Assembly (NCBI GenBank): GCA_965206645.1
Contig: CBDBKE010000004.1
Coordinates: 1,920,001-1,984,000, forward strand
DNA from: Terriglobia bacterium
Lineage (GTDB): Bacteria; Acidobacteriota; Terriglobia; JAJPHL01; JAPKYU01
Direction: 5' to 3'
DNA length: 64,000 nt
Below the pieces are notes generated by a model. It had not been told where the DNA came from. It made no database searches and saw only the letters and a list, made by a program, of their open reading frames with translations. Made by a program: the position numbers and the translations under genes. Shown here one piece after another: positions 19,790 through 31,385 of the stretch. Position 1 is the first letter of the stretch. Every line of letters begins with the position of its first letter.

Positions 19790-22700
19790 ATGACGGTTGT
19801 CCTACGCTGGGTCACGTGCTCTGTTCTGGTCCTGTTCCACGTCTTGGCTGGGGGCCCGGCGGCTTTCACTGCAAACGGTAGCGACGCTGCGGGAGAGCGA
19901 GGGTATCGTTGTGGCACCAGCGACTGGGGCGTGCTGAACTCCCTGGGCCGTGAAGCGCTTCGAAAACTGCAACTGCAGCGCCAGGGGCACTTTCAGACCC
20001 TCGCTCGGCAGCAGACGGCTTCCGCCGATGTAGGCGACATCGCAGTCCTCGACGACGATGGCACATTGCTGGTGCAGGCGAATGCGTTTGACCTGGCGAA
20101 CCGCAGCTTGCGTTTCACCCCTACCGGCACCGGCTACCAGATCGCCGCCGGGGACGCAGCGCTGGATACCGCGGCAGCCGCAGCCGGCACGGTGCTCACG
20201 CTGGCCGACGATGATACTCAGGAGATCCCCCTGGGCTTTTCCTTCACCTTCTACGGAAACACTTACACGTCGGTCTTCGTCAACTCGGACGGCAACCTGA
20301 CCTTTACCGGAGGTGACGTGGCGACCACGCCGCGCGACCTGAGCCGTTTCCTGACGGGAGTCCCGCGTATCGCGCCATTCTTTGATGACCTGAATCCGGC
20401 CGAGGGCGGCCAGGTGACCTATAGCGCCGAAGCGGGCCGGTTCGTGATGAGCTGGACCGATGTCCCAGAGTGTTGCCTGCCGGCGATCACGCCCAAGTCC
20501 ACGTTCCAAGTGGCGCTGTTCCCGGACGGCCGCGTGGAGTTTGCTTATGGGACTGTGAGCGCCAACGATGCGGTGGTGGGCATCTCACCGGGAGCCTTCA
20601 CGGGCGCCGCCGAGATCGTGGACCTTTCCGCCACCGACGGCACCGAGACGATTGAGCTGCCAATCGCCGAAGTGTTTTCGTCCCGGACCCTGCTCAGCGA
20701 GGTGGCGGTGGCCAACCGCTTCTATACCACCCACGAAGACGCCTACGACTTCCTGGTCATGTGGACTAACTTCCCCGTGAACCTCGGCCAGAACGTGTTT
20801 GCTTTTGCCCTGAGCATTGTCAACAGCACGTCCGGCATTGGCCGGCCAACTTTTGACTTTGCCGAAGCCCTGGGCAGCGAAGGACGCCTCTCCACCCTGG
20901 TCATGATGGGCGACCTGGACAAGTATCCGGCCGATCCAACGCAGGTAATTCAGAGTGTGCCGCCGAACGACACTCTGAGCGTGCTGGGGCAGGAGGCGGG
21001 GCATCGCTGGCTGGTCCACTTCCGCTACCCTTTCCTCACGGATCCGAGCAGCACCATCCTGTTGGGTCGCGACTTGGCCCACTGGAGCTTCTTCTTTAAT
21101 TCAGAAGCGTCGGTGGTGGAGGGCAACGAAATCCGGGATAATGGCGACGGTACCTTCACGACCACCGATGCTGTCCGCCGCTACGGCTCCTTTGAGCAGT
21201 ATGCGATGGGACTGCTTGCTGCAGGAGAAGTCCCGCCAAGCTTCGTGGTGCCGGATCCGGACCGGCCCGCTTTTGGCCATCGTCCCGAGATTGGGGTCAC
21301 CTTCAGTGGCACGCGGCTGGATGTGACCGTGGAAAAGCTGATCGAGGCCAACGGCAGCCGCCTGCCGACCGCTGTTGTGGATCAGAAGAATTTCAGCTTT
21401 GCTTTCATCCTGATCAACGCCCGAGGCAGCACGGCCACCTCGGAGCAGATCGCCAAGCTGGAGACCCTTCAGCAACAGTGGGAACAGTTCTGGGCCGAAG
21501 CCACCGGCGGGCGGTCGCAGGCCAACACGCGTCTGGTGCGAGCACTTTCTTTCGGCGGGCTGCCAGCCGCTGTCGCGCCCGGAGCGCAGGCCACCGTAAG
21601 CCTACGGACCGGCAGTCCGGCGGATGAGTTGCGGACCTTCACCCTAGCCAGCTCGGCTCCCGGCGTGGCTTCCGTGCCCTCCGCGGTCACGCTTCCGGCA
21701 GGGACCCGCGAGGTCGAGTTCCAGGTGATCGCCGGCGCGTCCGGGGTGGCGCGTATCACTGCCACGGCGCCGGGCTTCGAAACCGCAGAGGGCGCCCTCT
21801 CGGTGGCCGAGCCAGCCGCGGTGGAGTTGACCGCCATTTCCGGCGGCGGGCAGATGGGACCCCAGGGGGCAACCCTGGCAGAACCGATGGTGGTCGAGGC
21901 GCGCGAGCCCAACGCGCTGCCGGTGGCCGGGGCCGAGGTGCGCTTCTCGGCCACGGGCGGCGCCATCGTTGCACCCGCGGAGGTCACCACCGATGCCGGC
22001 GGGCGGGTCCAGACCAGTGTGACGTTAGGGTCCTCGGTGGGAACCCTGACGATCACCGCTTCCTTGGTTGGCCTCGACGAAGCGCGAGCTGCGTTCACCG
22101 CGACCGCTCTCACGCGGCCGCAGGTGCCGGAAGGCTCGGCGGTGAACGGCGCCAGCTTTGCCCATGCACCTGCGCCGGTCAGCCCGGGCTCCATCATCTC
22201 TATCTTCGGCACCAGCCTTGCGCCGGAAACGCAGCAAGCCACCTCGCTGCCGCTGCCCACAATGCTGGGAAACGTCACCGTGCGGATCAATGAGATTGCG
22301 GCGCCCCTGTTTTTTGTCTCGCCGGGACAGGTGAACGCGCAGGTGCCCTTTGCAATTTCCGGAACCAGCGCCACCGTTACGGTGGACAATGGCACCTTGC
22401 CCAGCGCGTCGATTACGCTTGGCATCGCTCCCGCTGTACCGGGCATTTTTACCCTGTCGCAAGACGGCACCGGGCCGGGCGCGGTGTTGCATCCGGACGG
22501 CTCGCTGATCACCGTAACTTCACCCGCTACGGTGAACGGAGTGGTGGCGATCTTTCGCACTGGCCTGGGGAGCGTGACGCCAGCGGTGGAAAGCGGGCAG
22601 CCGGCCCCACTCTTCCCAGCAGCCACTACCTTACCCCCCCCGCAGGTCACCATTGGAGGCGAGCTGGCTGAAGTGGTGTTTTCCGGTTTGGCGCCGGGCT

Positions 22701-22816
22701 TTGCCGGACTCTACCAAGTGAACGCTCGCGTTCCCGCCGGTCTCGAGGCCGGCGCGCAGCCGCTGGTGATTACCAGCGGTCTCAGCAGCAGCTCCGTGAC
22801 CCTGGCGGTCGAATGA
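19790..22816 (+). CDS. Secreted nidogen-like / putative metalloprotease-like protein with Ig-like and TIGR03437-like domains
   Basis: LGFSFTFYG..VNSDGNLTF, IAPFFDDL, GQEAGHRW, C-terminal FSGLAPGFAGLYQVN. Confidence 0.8.
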   Translation: MTVVLRWVTCSVLVLFHVLAGGPAAFTANGSDAAGERGYRCGTSDWGVLNSLGREALRKLQLQRQGHFQTLARQQTASADVGDIAVLDDDGTLLVQANAFDLANRSLRFTPTGTGYQIAAGDAALDTAAAAAGTVLTLADDDTQEIPLGFSFTFYGNTYTSVFVNSDGNLTFTGGDVATTPRDLSRFLTGVPRIAPFFDDLNPAEGGQVTYSAEAGRFVMSWTDVPECCLPAITPKSTFQVALFPDGRVEFAYGTVSANDAVVGISPGAFTGAAEIVDLSATDGTETIELPIAEVFSSRTLLSEVAVANRFYTTHEDAYDFLVMWTNFPVNLGQNVFAFALSIVNSTSGIGRPTFDFAEALGSEGRLSTLVMMGDLDKYPADPTQVIQSVPPNDTLSVLGQEAGHRWLVHFRYPFLTDPSSTILLGRDLAHWSFFFNSEASVVEGNEIRDNGDGTFTTTDAVRRYGSFEQYAMGLLAAGEVPPSFVVPDPDRPAFGHRPEIGVTFSGTRLDVTVEKLIEANGSRLPTAVVDQKNFSFAFILINARGSTATSEQIAKLETLQQQWEQFWAEATGGRSQANTRLVRALSFGGLPAAVAPGAQATVSLRTGSPADELRTFTLASSAPGVASVPSAVTLPAGTREVEFQVIAGASGVARITATAPGFETAEGALSVAEPAAVELTAISGGGQMGPQGATLAEPMVVEAREPNALPVAGAEVRFSATGGAIVAPAEVTTDAGGRVQTSVTLGSSVGTLTITASLVGLDEARAAFTATALTRPQVPEGSAVNGASFAHAPAPVSPGSIISIFGTSLAPETQQATSLPLPTMLGNVTVRINEIAAPLFFVSPGQVNAQVPFAISGTSATVTVDNGTLPSASITLGIAPAVPGIFTLSQDGTGPGAVLHPDGSLITVTSPATVNGVVAIFRTGLGSVTPAVESGQPAPLFPAATTLPPPQVTIGGELAEVVFSGLAPGFAGLYQVNARVPAGLEAGAQPLVITSGLSSSSVTLAVE

Positions 22817-23547
22817 ACCCGACGAAGCTCAGATTCCTGGCGATTACTGCGCATCCCGACGATGAAACCGGCTCGTTCGGCGGCACGCTGGCTCTCTATG
22901 CCGCTCGCGGGGTTGCTATAGATGTGGTGTGCGCCACTCGCGGCGAAGCCGGGCGCAACCGCGGCTCGGCCCGTACGCGCGAAGAACTGGCCAAGATGCG
23001 AATTCGGGAGTTCCATCAGGCTTGCGAACTGCTGGGCGTTTCCTGGCACGAGATCTGGGACTACCCCGATGGGGGGCTGAACTGCGTCGGCTTCCTCGAT
23101 CTGGGGCTGCGGCTGTGCCAGGTGATCCGCCAGCGCCGGCCTGCTGTGGTGTTGACTCTGGGGCCGGAAGGTGGTTTCACCGGGCATCGGGACCACGCGG
23201 CGATTTCCCACTTTGCCATCTTCGCCTTCCATGCGGCCGGACGCCAGGAGCTTTTCCCGGAAACAGGCCAGCCACACCAGGCTCAGCGTCTTTACTACGC
23301 CACCGGGCCCAAATCCCTGGCCGGCTATCCCCAGGTCTGTTTTTCTCCGGTGACTGTCGAGGTCGATATTTCGGAAACGTTCCAGCGCAAGCTCGAAGCC
23401 TTCCAGTGCCACCACACCCAAGCACCGCTGTTTCCCCGCTTCCGTGCAGCTGTTCAGCAGGTTGGTCCCCGGGAATGGTTCCACTTGGCGGCCGCGAATG
23501 CTGCTTTGCCGCCAGGGATGGACCGCGACTTGTCCGTCGGACTCTAG
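22813..23547 (+). CDS. PIG-L/LmbE family deacetylase
   Basis: AHPDDE, TRGEAG, GHRDH, HHTQ; 4-bp overlap with the upstream gene. Confidence 0.9.
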   Translation: MNPTKLRFLAITAHPDDETGSFGGTLALYAARGVAIDVVCATRGEAGRNRGSARTREELAKMRIREFHQACELLGVSWHEIWDYPDGGLNCVGFLDLGLRLCQVIRQRRPAVVLTLGPEGGFTGHRDHAAISHFAIFAFHAAGRQELFPETGQPHQAQRLYYATGPKSLAGYPQVCFSPVTVEVDISETFQRKLEAFQCHHTQAPLFPRFRAAVQQVGPREWFHLAAANAALPPGMDRDLSVGL

Positions 23548-23658
23548 CCGGACTCTAGTAAGCTGCTCGAATTTCTACCGTCTTGCCAAGACCAGCCCGG
23601 GGGGGACTCCGCGCAGTTCGTCCCGGCAGCCAAAGCCGGCAGCCAAAGAACGCGGGGT

Positions 23659-24864
23659 GTGACTCCCCTGGCGGTTCCTGCTATCCTGCTACCCCTTCCT
23701 ATGGCCTTCGACAAAGTTCGGCTTGACGGACCAGAAAGGGCAAGCGGCTTGCCTGGAGTGCTCTTGTTGTTCTTGCTTCTGTTGCCCGTCGAATGGGCGG
23801 CTGGCGCGCCGGCCGCGCGGGCTGAGGACGAGGTGTATGTCTATGACTTGTTTGTCGAGGGAGCCAATTGCGGAACCGTGCTGGCTCGCTTGAAGGAACT
23901 TCCCCTGCGGCCCACCCTGATCCTGAGCATCGAGCAAGGAAAACGATTCGTGCTGGATGATCCCGGAGGGGAACGGTTGCTGGCCTGCGTCCTAGACCAT
24001 CTGCACGGCTCCGACCGCACGGTGAAGGCCATGCTGCTGCAAGACCCCTCGTTTACCGAGCGCACCGGGGAGGCCGTGAGGCGCGCCGCGCGGCTCGGGC
24101 AGTTCATGAAGCGGCATCCCGGTCGGCTGGCAGGCGCGCACATAGACGTGGAGCCCTACACCACCGAAGACTGGAAATGCGGTGATGCCGAGGAGCGCGG
24201 GCGCCTGGTGCAGGAGCTGCTTCAGTTATTGAACCTGGTTCGCCAGCAACTCCGCGGGCTGCCGCTGGGCGCGGCCGTCCCTTGGTGGTTCCCGCGGATC
24301 AGCGACGAGGTTCCCGAAGCCGCTCCCGAAGCCCTATTCAGCGCAGCAGACGAGATTTATCTAATGACCTATGGGGACAAAGGGGGACCGGTGGTGGGAG
24401 GTACGGCCAACCGAGTGCTGCGGCGCGTGGACGCCCCGGAATTTTTCTCCGGCACCGGGCGCATATACATCGCCCTGGCCAGTTACGAGTTTCCCTCGGC
24501 GGCCGACCTGGAGACAACAGTGGGAACTGTACACCAGCGCCTGGACAGGCACGCGAATTTCGCCGGCACGGCAGTCTTCCACGCCGCCTCCGTCTCCAAG
24601 GCCCCTTTGCTGCGGCTGGTATCCGGCCAGGTGGTGGACGAAGCCGGAGAGGGCGTGGCTGGCGTCAACATCGATGCCGGCGAAATCCGAAAACGCTCCA
24701 ACAAGTGCGGGAAGTTCGTGCTGCGCGGCGTGCCGGAGGGGCAAGCGGAGCTGATCCTGGAAAAGGAGGGCTTCCGCACTCGGAAGCTTCCCATCCGCCT
24801 TGCCGGTCCCGGCCGGATCCGGGACCTGGGAAACATCGTCCTGGAAAAGAGCCCCGGCTTTTAG
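23659..24864 (+). CDS. Exported hypothetical protein (hydrolase-like barrel plus carboxypeptidase-regulatory-like domain)
   Basis: GAHIDVEPY, IYLMTY, C-terminal VSGQVVDEAGEGVAGV..GKFVLRGVP. Confidence 0.6.
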   Translation: MTPLAVPAILLPLPMAFDKVRLDGPERASGLPGVLLLFLLLLPVEWAAGAPAARAEDEVYVYDLFVEGANCGTVLARLKELPLRPTLILSIEQGKRFVLDDPGGERLLACVLDHLHGSDRTVKAMLLQDPSFTERTGEAVRRAARLGQFMKRHPGRLAGAHIDVEPYTTEDWKCGDAEERGRLVQELLQLLNLVRQQLRGLPLGAAVPWWFPRISDEVPEAAPEALFSAADEIYLMTYGDKGGPVVGGTANRVLRRVDAPEFFSGTGRIYIALASYEFPSAADLETTVGTVHQRLDRHANFAGTAVFHAASVSKAPLLRLVSGQVVDEAGEGVAGVNIDAGEIRKRSNKCGKFVLRGVPEGQAELILEKEGFRTRKLPIRLAGPGRIRDLGNIVLEKSPGF

Positions 24865-24884
24865 TTGATATTTGACCTGCTCTT

Positions 24885-27245
24885 ATGATGCTAGCAGCTT
24901 TGCGTCGGGCCGCAGGTTCCTTGAGAACCCGAGTGGCTCGGCTTGGCCGGGGCCTAACTGTCTCCGTGTCAGATAAACCCGCCCTTCCGGAAAACCACTC
25001 CACCTACAGGAAGCGCCTTCACAGGGAAATCGAGCGCTACAAGGCAGACGGAAACGTTCATGACCTGCCAGAAATCTTTCACTTCTGGTCGAACAAGTAT
25101 ATCCGCCCAAAAATAGAGGAAGTTATTGGTGTGTCGGGCTTTGAAGAGTTTTATGTGAAATACATCTCCCGGTACGCATCCGACCATCCGGGTGAACCCA
25201 TCGAGATCGCCAGCCTGGGAGCAGGTAACGCTGACATGGAAGTCGGAATAGCGCAGGCCTTGCGAAACCGCGGCCTTATGAACTTCCGCATCCGCTGTCT
25301 GGACATTAATCCAAGCATGCTGGGACGCGGCCGGGAACTCGCATTGCAATCGCAACTTGCGGATCGATTTGAATTTCTCGAGGTCAACCTTGCCCGCTGG
25401 CGTGCAGAGTGCCCCCTGGCAGTGGTGATCGCACACCACAGTCTGCACCACATCGTAGCACTGGAAGAAGTTTCCCAAAACATCCAGGAGGCAATCGGCA
25501 ACAGCGGCTATTTTCTGACATGCGACATGATCGGCCGCAACGGTCACATGCGCTGGCCAGAGGCCCTAACAGTCATCCACGAGATCTGGCGGACCATGCC
25601 TGACCGATATAAATACAACCATCAGTTGCGGCGTTTTGAGAAGATGTTAGACAATTGGGACTGTTCCACAGAAGGTTTTGAATGACCTGCCGGCTTTCTT
25701 CGGACCACCGATTACTGGAGAACAGCGCCAGTCGGCATGGTTAAGTCGCTCTCGTGTTCTTCTTGGTCAGCGTGAGCCGGCATCGCCGGCGAGCGCCCAC
25801 CGTCATCCGAGCCAGCACGGAGCTGCGCTTTGAACTCGGCTGGCGTCAGATAGCCAAGGCTCGAGTGCGGTCGCACGTCGTTGTAGTGCCGTCGCCATTG
25901 CTCGATCCCCACCTTCGCGTCCACGCGGTTCCGAAACCACTGCAGGCTCAGATACTCGTCGCGGAACTTCCCGTTGAACGATTCGTCGGTCGCATTCTGC
26001 CACGGCTTCCCCGGCTCGATGAGCGCGGTTTCGATCTGCGCCTGGAGCAGCCACCGGAGAATCGCACCCGCGACAAACTCGGGGCCGTTGTCGGACCGGA
26101 GGTAACGTGGGGCTCCGTGGACGCTCACGAGCTGCGTGAGCACCTCGATAACGCGCCCGGACCGAATGCCGCCGGCCACGTCGATCGCGAGTGACTCGCG
26201 GGTCCATTCGTCGACGACGGTGAGGCACTTGAGCGTCTGCCCATTCGCGCAGGTGTCGAACACGAAGTCGTACGCCCAGACGTGATTGACCGCAGTGGCG
26301 GGCACCGGGCGGGGCCGGCTCAGGGCGACCCGGCGCCGCGGCCGCCGCCGAGGCACCTGCAACCCCGCCTGGCGCCAGAGGCGATGGGTCCGGTCCGTGC
26401 TCATCGTGTGCCCTTCGCGTTTTAGGAAAATCCGAATCCGGCGATAGCCGTACCGCGGATACTGCGCCGCCAGACGACGCATCGCGGCCAGCGCCGGGGC
26501 ATCCCGGTCGACCAGCCGCGACTGGTAGCCCAGCGTGGACCGTGCGACGGAGAGCAAGGCGCACGCGCGGCGACCCGACAGACCGCGTGCACGTGCATAC
26601 GCGACCTGCGGCCGGCGCACGCGTGCGCCTACCATTTTTTTCGGGTGATCTCCTTGAGCACGTCGATCTCCAGATCTCGATCGGCCACCATCTTTTTCAG
26701 CCGGCCGTTCTCCTGCTCGAGCTGCCGCAGCCGCTTCACATCGGCGGGCTCCAACGTGCCGAAGTGTTTCCGCCAGGCGTAGAGCGTCTGGGCGCTGACG
26801 CCGTTCTTTTTGGCCACCTCCGGAACGGGCCGCTGATCGGCCTCGCGGAGGATCGTCACCATCTGCTCTTCGGTAAACCGGGTCTTCTTCATGGCTCCCT
26901 CGTTTCTCCGAGGGCGCCATTCTCTCAGGCTTCAGCTGGTCCGGAAATCGCCAGGCAGGTCATGAAGGTATTCGATCTCAAGATATCCTCCCTCTGTTGG
27001 TAAAGAATTTCCACTTTGAAGCGTTTGTGGCGTATGGAAATTTGCCAGATATTTTCGTGGACCGCGGGTTTGGCCACAATTGTGATGTTGCAAACGCAGA
27101 AGATACCAACTTTATTGATCGTATTGGAGCATTGAACGACCGGCAGATTAGCGATGGCCTAATCAAGCCGACACAGATGGTTGCGGTCATGCGCGCTTGC
27201 CCGACTGTAGACGGCAGATGCTATAAAGACGAACAAGCTCGATGA
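24885..27245 (+). pseudogene. Class I SAM-dependent methyltransferase split by IS3
   Basis: SLGAGNAD, SLHH; ..STEGFE|IS|GIRSQDILPLL rejoins at the TGAA duplication. Confidence 0.85.
25683..26962 (-). mobile_element. IS3-family element type A, copy 2
   Basis: 1280 bp, near-identical to copy 1, TGAA target duplication; orfB 25712-26635, orfA 26629-26892. Confidence 0.95.
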
Positions 27246-27330
27246 TGGCTTCGATGCCTCTCCCGCTGTCGTGGATAAGGAAATCTACCTCCGCGGCCGC
27301 CGGTACCTCTACCGCATCTCAGAAAACTAA
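27229..27330 (+). pseudogene. C-terminal remnant of a PQQ-like beta-propeller protein
   Basis: NKLDDGFDASPAVVDKEIYLRGRRYLYRISEN*. Confidence 0.55.
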
Positions 27331-27360
27331 GCGTGCAAGCCCCTTCTCAAACGTTGCCAG

Positions 27361-27389
27361 GGTAACGGTTAGCGTTTACCGATGCTGCC
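27361..27389 (-). repeat. Partial REP-like repeat, copy 4
   Basis: Reverse complement GGCAGCATCGGTAAACGCTAACCGTTA resembles 9023-9052. Confidence 0.4.
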
Positions 27390-27807
27390 ACGCAGCTGAC
27401 TTGGACGTATAACGCCCTTCTCGGAAACTGAGGACCCAGAGTACCAAAACCATTTACTTGATCATTAAGGAACGACTTGGCTGTAATGGGGCCATGCGGA
27501 AATTCCTTGGAGGCGACCCTACTTTATCCAGGCAGAGGCGCTGGCAACTGCGAAAGAAAAGCCAAGGGAAGTGTAGAATCTGCGGGACGAAGGCAGTATC
27601 TCCGGAATTTTCGATTTGCCCTTCCCCTTCGACCAAAAGCATACGCCCGTCGCCCTCCGTGTCAACCTCAAGTCACGATGACCTCTCGTGGTTAGCATCG
27701 CGGGCTTCCGTTGCGGTGGGACCGGCGAACCAAGCTGCGGAAAAGGTTGCCTGCGATCAGGAACGTACGGGAGAGAATCCGGGGAAAGTCTTGGGGGGGT
27801 TGCGAGG

Positions 27808-28161
27808 TTAGTGCATGTCTTCGTCAACGGAAATCTTCAACGCCTTGAGGAATTTCGTGTCCTGGGTGGTGAACCGCAGTCGTCCCGAGGGATTCGTCAC
27901 GCTCTTCAGCGGCTCTTTCTTGATGCTTTCTTCCCGCCGGTTAAATCCGATCTTAGCTTCCAGCACCAGAAAGACGTCGTAGCCGGCGTGCTTGATGTTG
28001 CCGATGACTTCGCCAATCCGCTCAGATTCCAACAGCGATTCGTTGATCGCGTCGCTCATCTCCTTCATCAGCTGCTTCAGCTGCTCGTCCAACTTAGCAA
28101 TCCTTCTCTCGGTAGCATTGTCCCCTTGCGGTCCCGGGGTACCCGCCCCAGCTTCTCCCAT
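27808..28161 (-). CDS. Conserved hypothetical protein (start may be near 28092)
   Basis: LKQLMKEMSDAINESL..GYDVFLVLEAKIGF..DTKFLKALKISV, natural-looking composition. Confidence 0.65.
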   Translation of the reverse strand: MGEAGAGTPGPQGDNATERRIAKLDEQLKQLMKEMSDAINESLLESERIGEVIGNIKHAGYDVFLVLEAKIGFNRREESIKKEPLKSVTNPSGRLRFTTQDTKFLKALKISVDEDMH

Positions 28162-28285
28162 GCATCTTCTGCGACGGTAACCTTACGGTGCAATTCTGTC
28201 AACGAGAACCAGGAGAACTTGGCCCGAGGCGGGCCTTTCACCATTTCCCACCACACGGTTGGATAGATTTCCGGCGGGCAGTTTC

Positions 28286-29884
28286 CTAGCGGTTCAGCTG
28301 TTGCGCCAAAGTGCGCCGAGCGGTCTCCGCCAATTCTTTGGCCTTTGGCAGAAGTTCGATCGCCTTCAACACCTGCCGGTCGGTCTCAAGAACGCTCCGG
28401 TCCCCTTCCATTTTTCCGAAAACCGAAATAAACAGGTGCTGCTTGATGCGCCGCTGGATGGTCTCCAGGTGTTCCTGAACATCCTCTTCAGTGTAGACGA
28501 TCTTCTCCCTATCCAGAAACCGCCGGAACTCGTCCAGCACCGACTCGTCTACCTGGAAGTCCCGGCCTATCGTCTCGTGGGTAGCCAGGTAAAACCTGGC
28601 GAAGTTAAACAACGCGTATTTCCGCCCCAGGGTGCGCAGGAAGCCCTTCAGGGGCGGCGTCAACATCTTCACATCGGGCGTAATTCCGCCCCCGCCATAG
28701 ACGGGGCGCCCGCTGTCGGTCATCCGGATTTGTCGCCCAGGGCGCTCATTGTCATCCGATTCGTCTTCGTCCCGATAATAGTAGTAGTCGTAAAGAGTAA
28801 TACCGGTGAACTCTCGCTGGATCAGGCGACCGCTGGGCGTGTAATACCTAGCGGTGGTTAGGGCCAATCCCGTGTTCTCTCTGAGCGGGTACACGGTTTG
28901 CACCAAGCCTTTGCCGAAGCTGGTTTCGCCGACCACCAGACCGCGGTCGTGGTCCTGCACCGCGCCGGCCACAATCTCTGCGGCACTGGCGCTCTGGCGG
29001 TTGATCAGCACCACCAGCGGATACATCACTCCCCCATTGCCTCGCGCAGCTCGGTAGACCTTTTCGCCCGAAGCGCGTCCGCGGTGGCTGACAACCACCT
29101 GGCCCCGGCTCAGGAACATGTCGGCGACGCTGACGCCCTCCGAGAGCAACCCGCCCTGGTTGCCGCGCAGGTCCAGGATCAGTCCGCGAAGGTTCCTGTG
29201 GTTCAGCTTTCTGAGCGCTTTGGCCAGTTCCCGGCTGGCGGTCTCGCTGAAGCTGGCGATCCTGATAAAGCCGATGCCGGGCCGAATTTCAAAGGCGTGC
29301 TCGATGCTGGGGAGAAGAATCTCGGCGCGGGTAATGGCAAACTCCAGCGGTGCCGGAGTCCCTTCGCGTAACACCAGGACCCGTACAGTGATCCCCTTGG
29401 GTCCCCTCAGCAGTTTCACCACCTCACCGGTGGACAGGTTATCGGTGGGTGTGTCGTCCACCTGCACAATAATGTCGCCGGGCCGCAGACCGGCCTGATA
29501 AGCAGGCGAGCCAGCGAACGGCGCCACCACGATGGTCTCGCCGCCGCGTGGAGCCACCGTCATGCCGACCCCGTAGTACTTGCCGCGCTGCTTTTCTCGC
29601 AGTAATTGAAAGCTCTTGGGATCGAAGAAATCCGAGTGTGGGTCCAGGGTCCGCAACATCCCCTGAATTGCGCCGTGGTAAATTGCCTTCTCCGGGTCTA
29701 CCGCGTCGGCATAGTTTTCCTCCACCGCCGAGTACACCTTGGTGAGCAACCTGAGGTTGGCCCGAATATTGTCATCGCTAGAGCCCGGAGTGGCTTTGAC
29801 TCGCCCCCCGTAGACCCCTGCCAACACGGCGCAGGACAGAATCACCAGCGGAATCGTCAACACGAATCGCCGCCAGCTGTTCAT
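28286..29884 (-). CDS. S41 carboxyl-terminal processing protease (CtpA/Prc family)
   Basis: LDPHS, PDZ region, DLRGNQGG, SASAAEIVAG, SFGKGLVQ, TTARYYTPSG. Confidence 0.93.
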   Translation of the reverse strand: MNSWRRFVLTIPLVILSCAVLAGVYGGRVKATPGSSDDNIRANLRLLTKVYSAVEENYADAVDPEKAIYHGAIQGMLRTLDPHSDFFDPKSFQLLREKQRGKYYGVGMTVAPRGGETIVVAPFAGSPAYQAGLRPGDIIVQVDDTPTDNLSTGEVVKLLRGPKGITVRVLVLREGTPAPLEFAITRAEILLPSIEHAFEIRPGIGFIRIASFSETASRELAKALRKLNHRNLRGLILDLRGNQGGLLSEGVSVADMFLSRGQVVVSHRGRASGEKVYRAARGNGGVMYPLVVLINRQSASAAEIVAGAVQDHDRGLVVGETSFGKGLVQTVYPLRENTGLALTTARYYTPSGRLIQREFTGITLYDYYYYRDEDESDDNERPGRQIRMTDSGRPVYGGGGITPDVKMLTPPLKGFLRTLGRKYALFNFARFYLATHETIGRDFQVDESVLDEFRRFLDREKIVYTEEDVQEHLETIQRRIKQHLFISVFGKMEGDRSVLETDRQVLKAIELLPKAKELAETARRTLAQQLNR

Positions 29885-30005
29885 TAACAGATTCTCCTTG
29901 CCTCCCCTCTCGTCAAGCGTGTTTGGGCTCAAATCGGGGCCCTTGCCCCTTGACCAAAGATCCGGAGGTCTGCTGTCAAGCTAACTATATCAATCGTTGG
30001 GTCGA

Positions 30006-31385
30006 TCAGTGCAGGATCAGCCATAGCCAAAGCGCAACAACCACAATGATCGCTACCACAGTAAGTTGCTCGATCAGCGAGAAACCTCTCTGTTTGCTTG
30101 ACCTGCCGGCTTTCTTCGGACCACCGATTACTGGAGAACAGCGCCAGTCGGCATGGTTAAGTCGCTCTCGTGTTCTTCTTGGTCAGCGTGAGCCGGCATC
30201 GCCGGCGAGCGCCCACCGTCATCCGAGCCAGCACGGAGCTGCGCTTTGAACTCGGCTGGCGTCAGATAGCCAAGGCTCGAGTGCGGTCGCACGTCGTTGT
30301 AGTGCCGTCGCCATTGCTCGATCCCCACCTTCGCGTCCACGCGGTTCCGAAACCACTGCAGGCTCAGATACTCGTCGCGGAACTTCCCGTTGAACGATTC
30401 GTCGGTCGCATTCTGCCACGGCTTCCCCGGCTCGATGAGCGCGGTTTCGATCTGCGCCTGGAGCAGCCACCGGAGAATCGCACCCGCGACAAACTCGGGG
30501 CCGTTGTCGGACCGGAGGTAACGTGGGGCTCCGTGGAGGCTCACGAGCTGCGTGAGCACCTCGATAACGCGCCCGGACCGAATGCCGCCGGCCACGTCGA
30601 TCGCGAGTGACTCGCGGGTCCATTCGTCGACGACGGTGAGGCACTTGAGCGTCTGCCCATTCGCGCAGGTGTCGAACACGAAGTCGTACGCCCAGACGTG
30701 ATTGACCGCAGTGGCGGGCACCGGGCGGGGCCGGCTCAGGGCGACCCGGCGCCGCGGCCGCCGCCGAGGCACCTGCAACCCCGCCTGGCGCCAGAGGCGA
30801 TGGGTCCGGTCCGTGCTCATCGTGTGCCCTTCGCGTTTTAGGAAAATCCGAATCCGGCGATAGCCGTACCGCGGATACTGCGCCGCCAGACGACGCATCG
30901 CGGCCAGCGCCGGGGCATCCCGGTCGACCAGCCGCGACTGGTAGCCCAGCGTGGACCGTGCGACGGAGAGCAAGGCGCACGCGCGGCGACCCGACAGACC
31001 GCGTGCACGTGCATACGCGACCTGCGGCCGGCGCACGCGTGCGCCTACCATTTTTTTCGGGTGATCTCCTTGAGCACGTCGATCTCCAGATCTCGATCGG
31101 CCACCATCTTTTTCAGCCGGCCGTTCTCCTGCTCAAGCTGCCGCAGCCGCTTCACATCGGCGGGCTCCAACGTGCCGAAGTGTTTCCGCCAGGCGTAGAG
31201 CGTCTGGGCGCTGACGCCGTTCTTTTTGGCCACCTCCGGAACGGGCCGCTGATCGGCCTCGCGGAGGATCGTCACCATCTGCTCTTCGGTAAACCGGGTC
31301 TTCTTCATGGCTCCCTCGTTTCTCCGAGGGCGCCATTCTCTCAGGCTTCAGCTGGTCCGGAAATCGCCAGGCAGGTCAGGCTCAT
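30006..31385 (-). pseudogene. Prepilin-type N-terminal remnant interrupted by IS3
   Basis: Removing the IS gives MSKQRGFSLIEQLTVVAIIVVVAL.., then an early stop. Confidence 0.55.
30099..31378 (-). mobile_element. IS3-family element type A, copy 3
   Basis: 1280 bp; orfB 30128-31051, orfA 31045-31308; flanks TGCT/GGCT (imperfect duplication). Confidence 0.95.
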
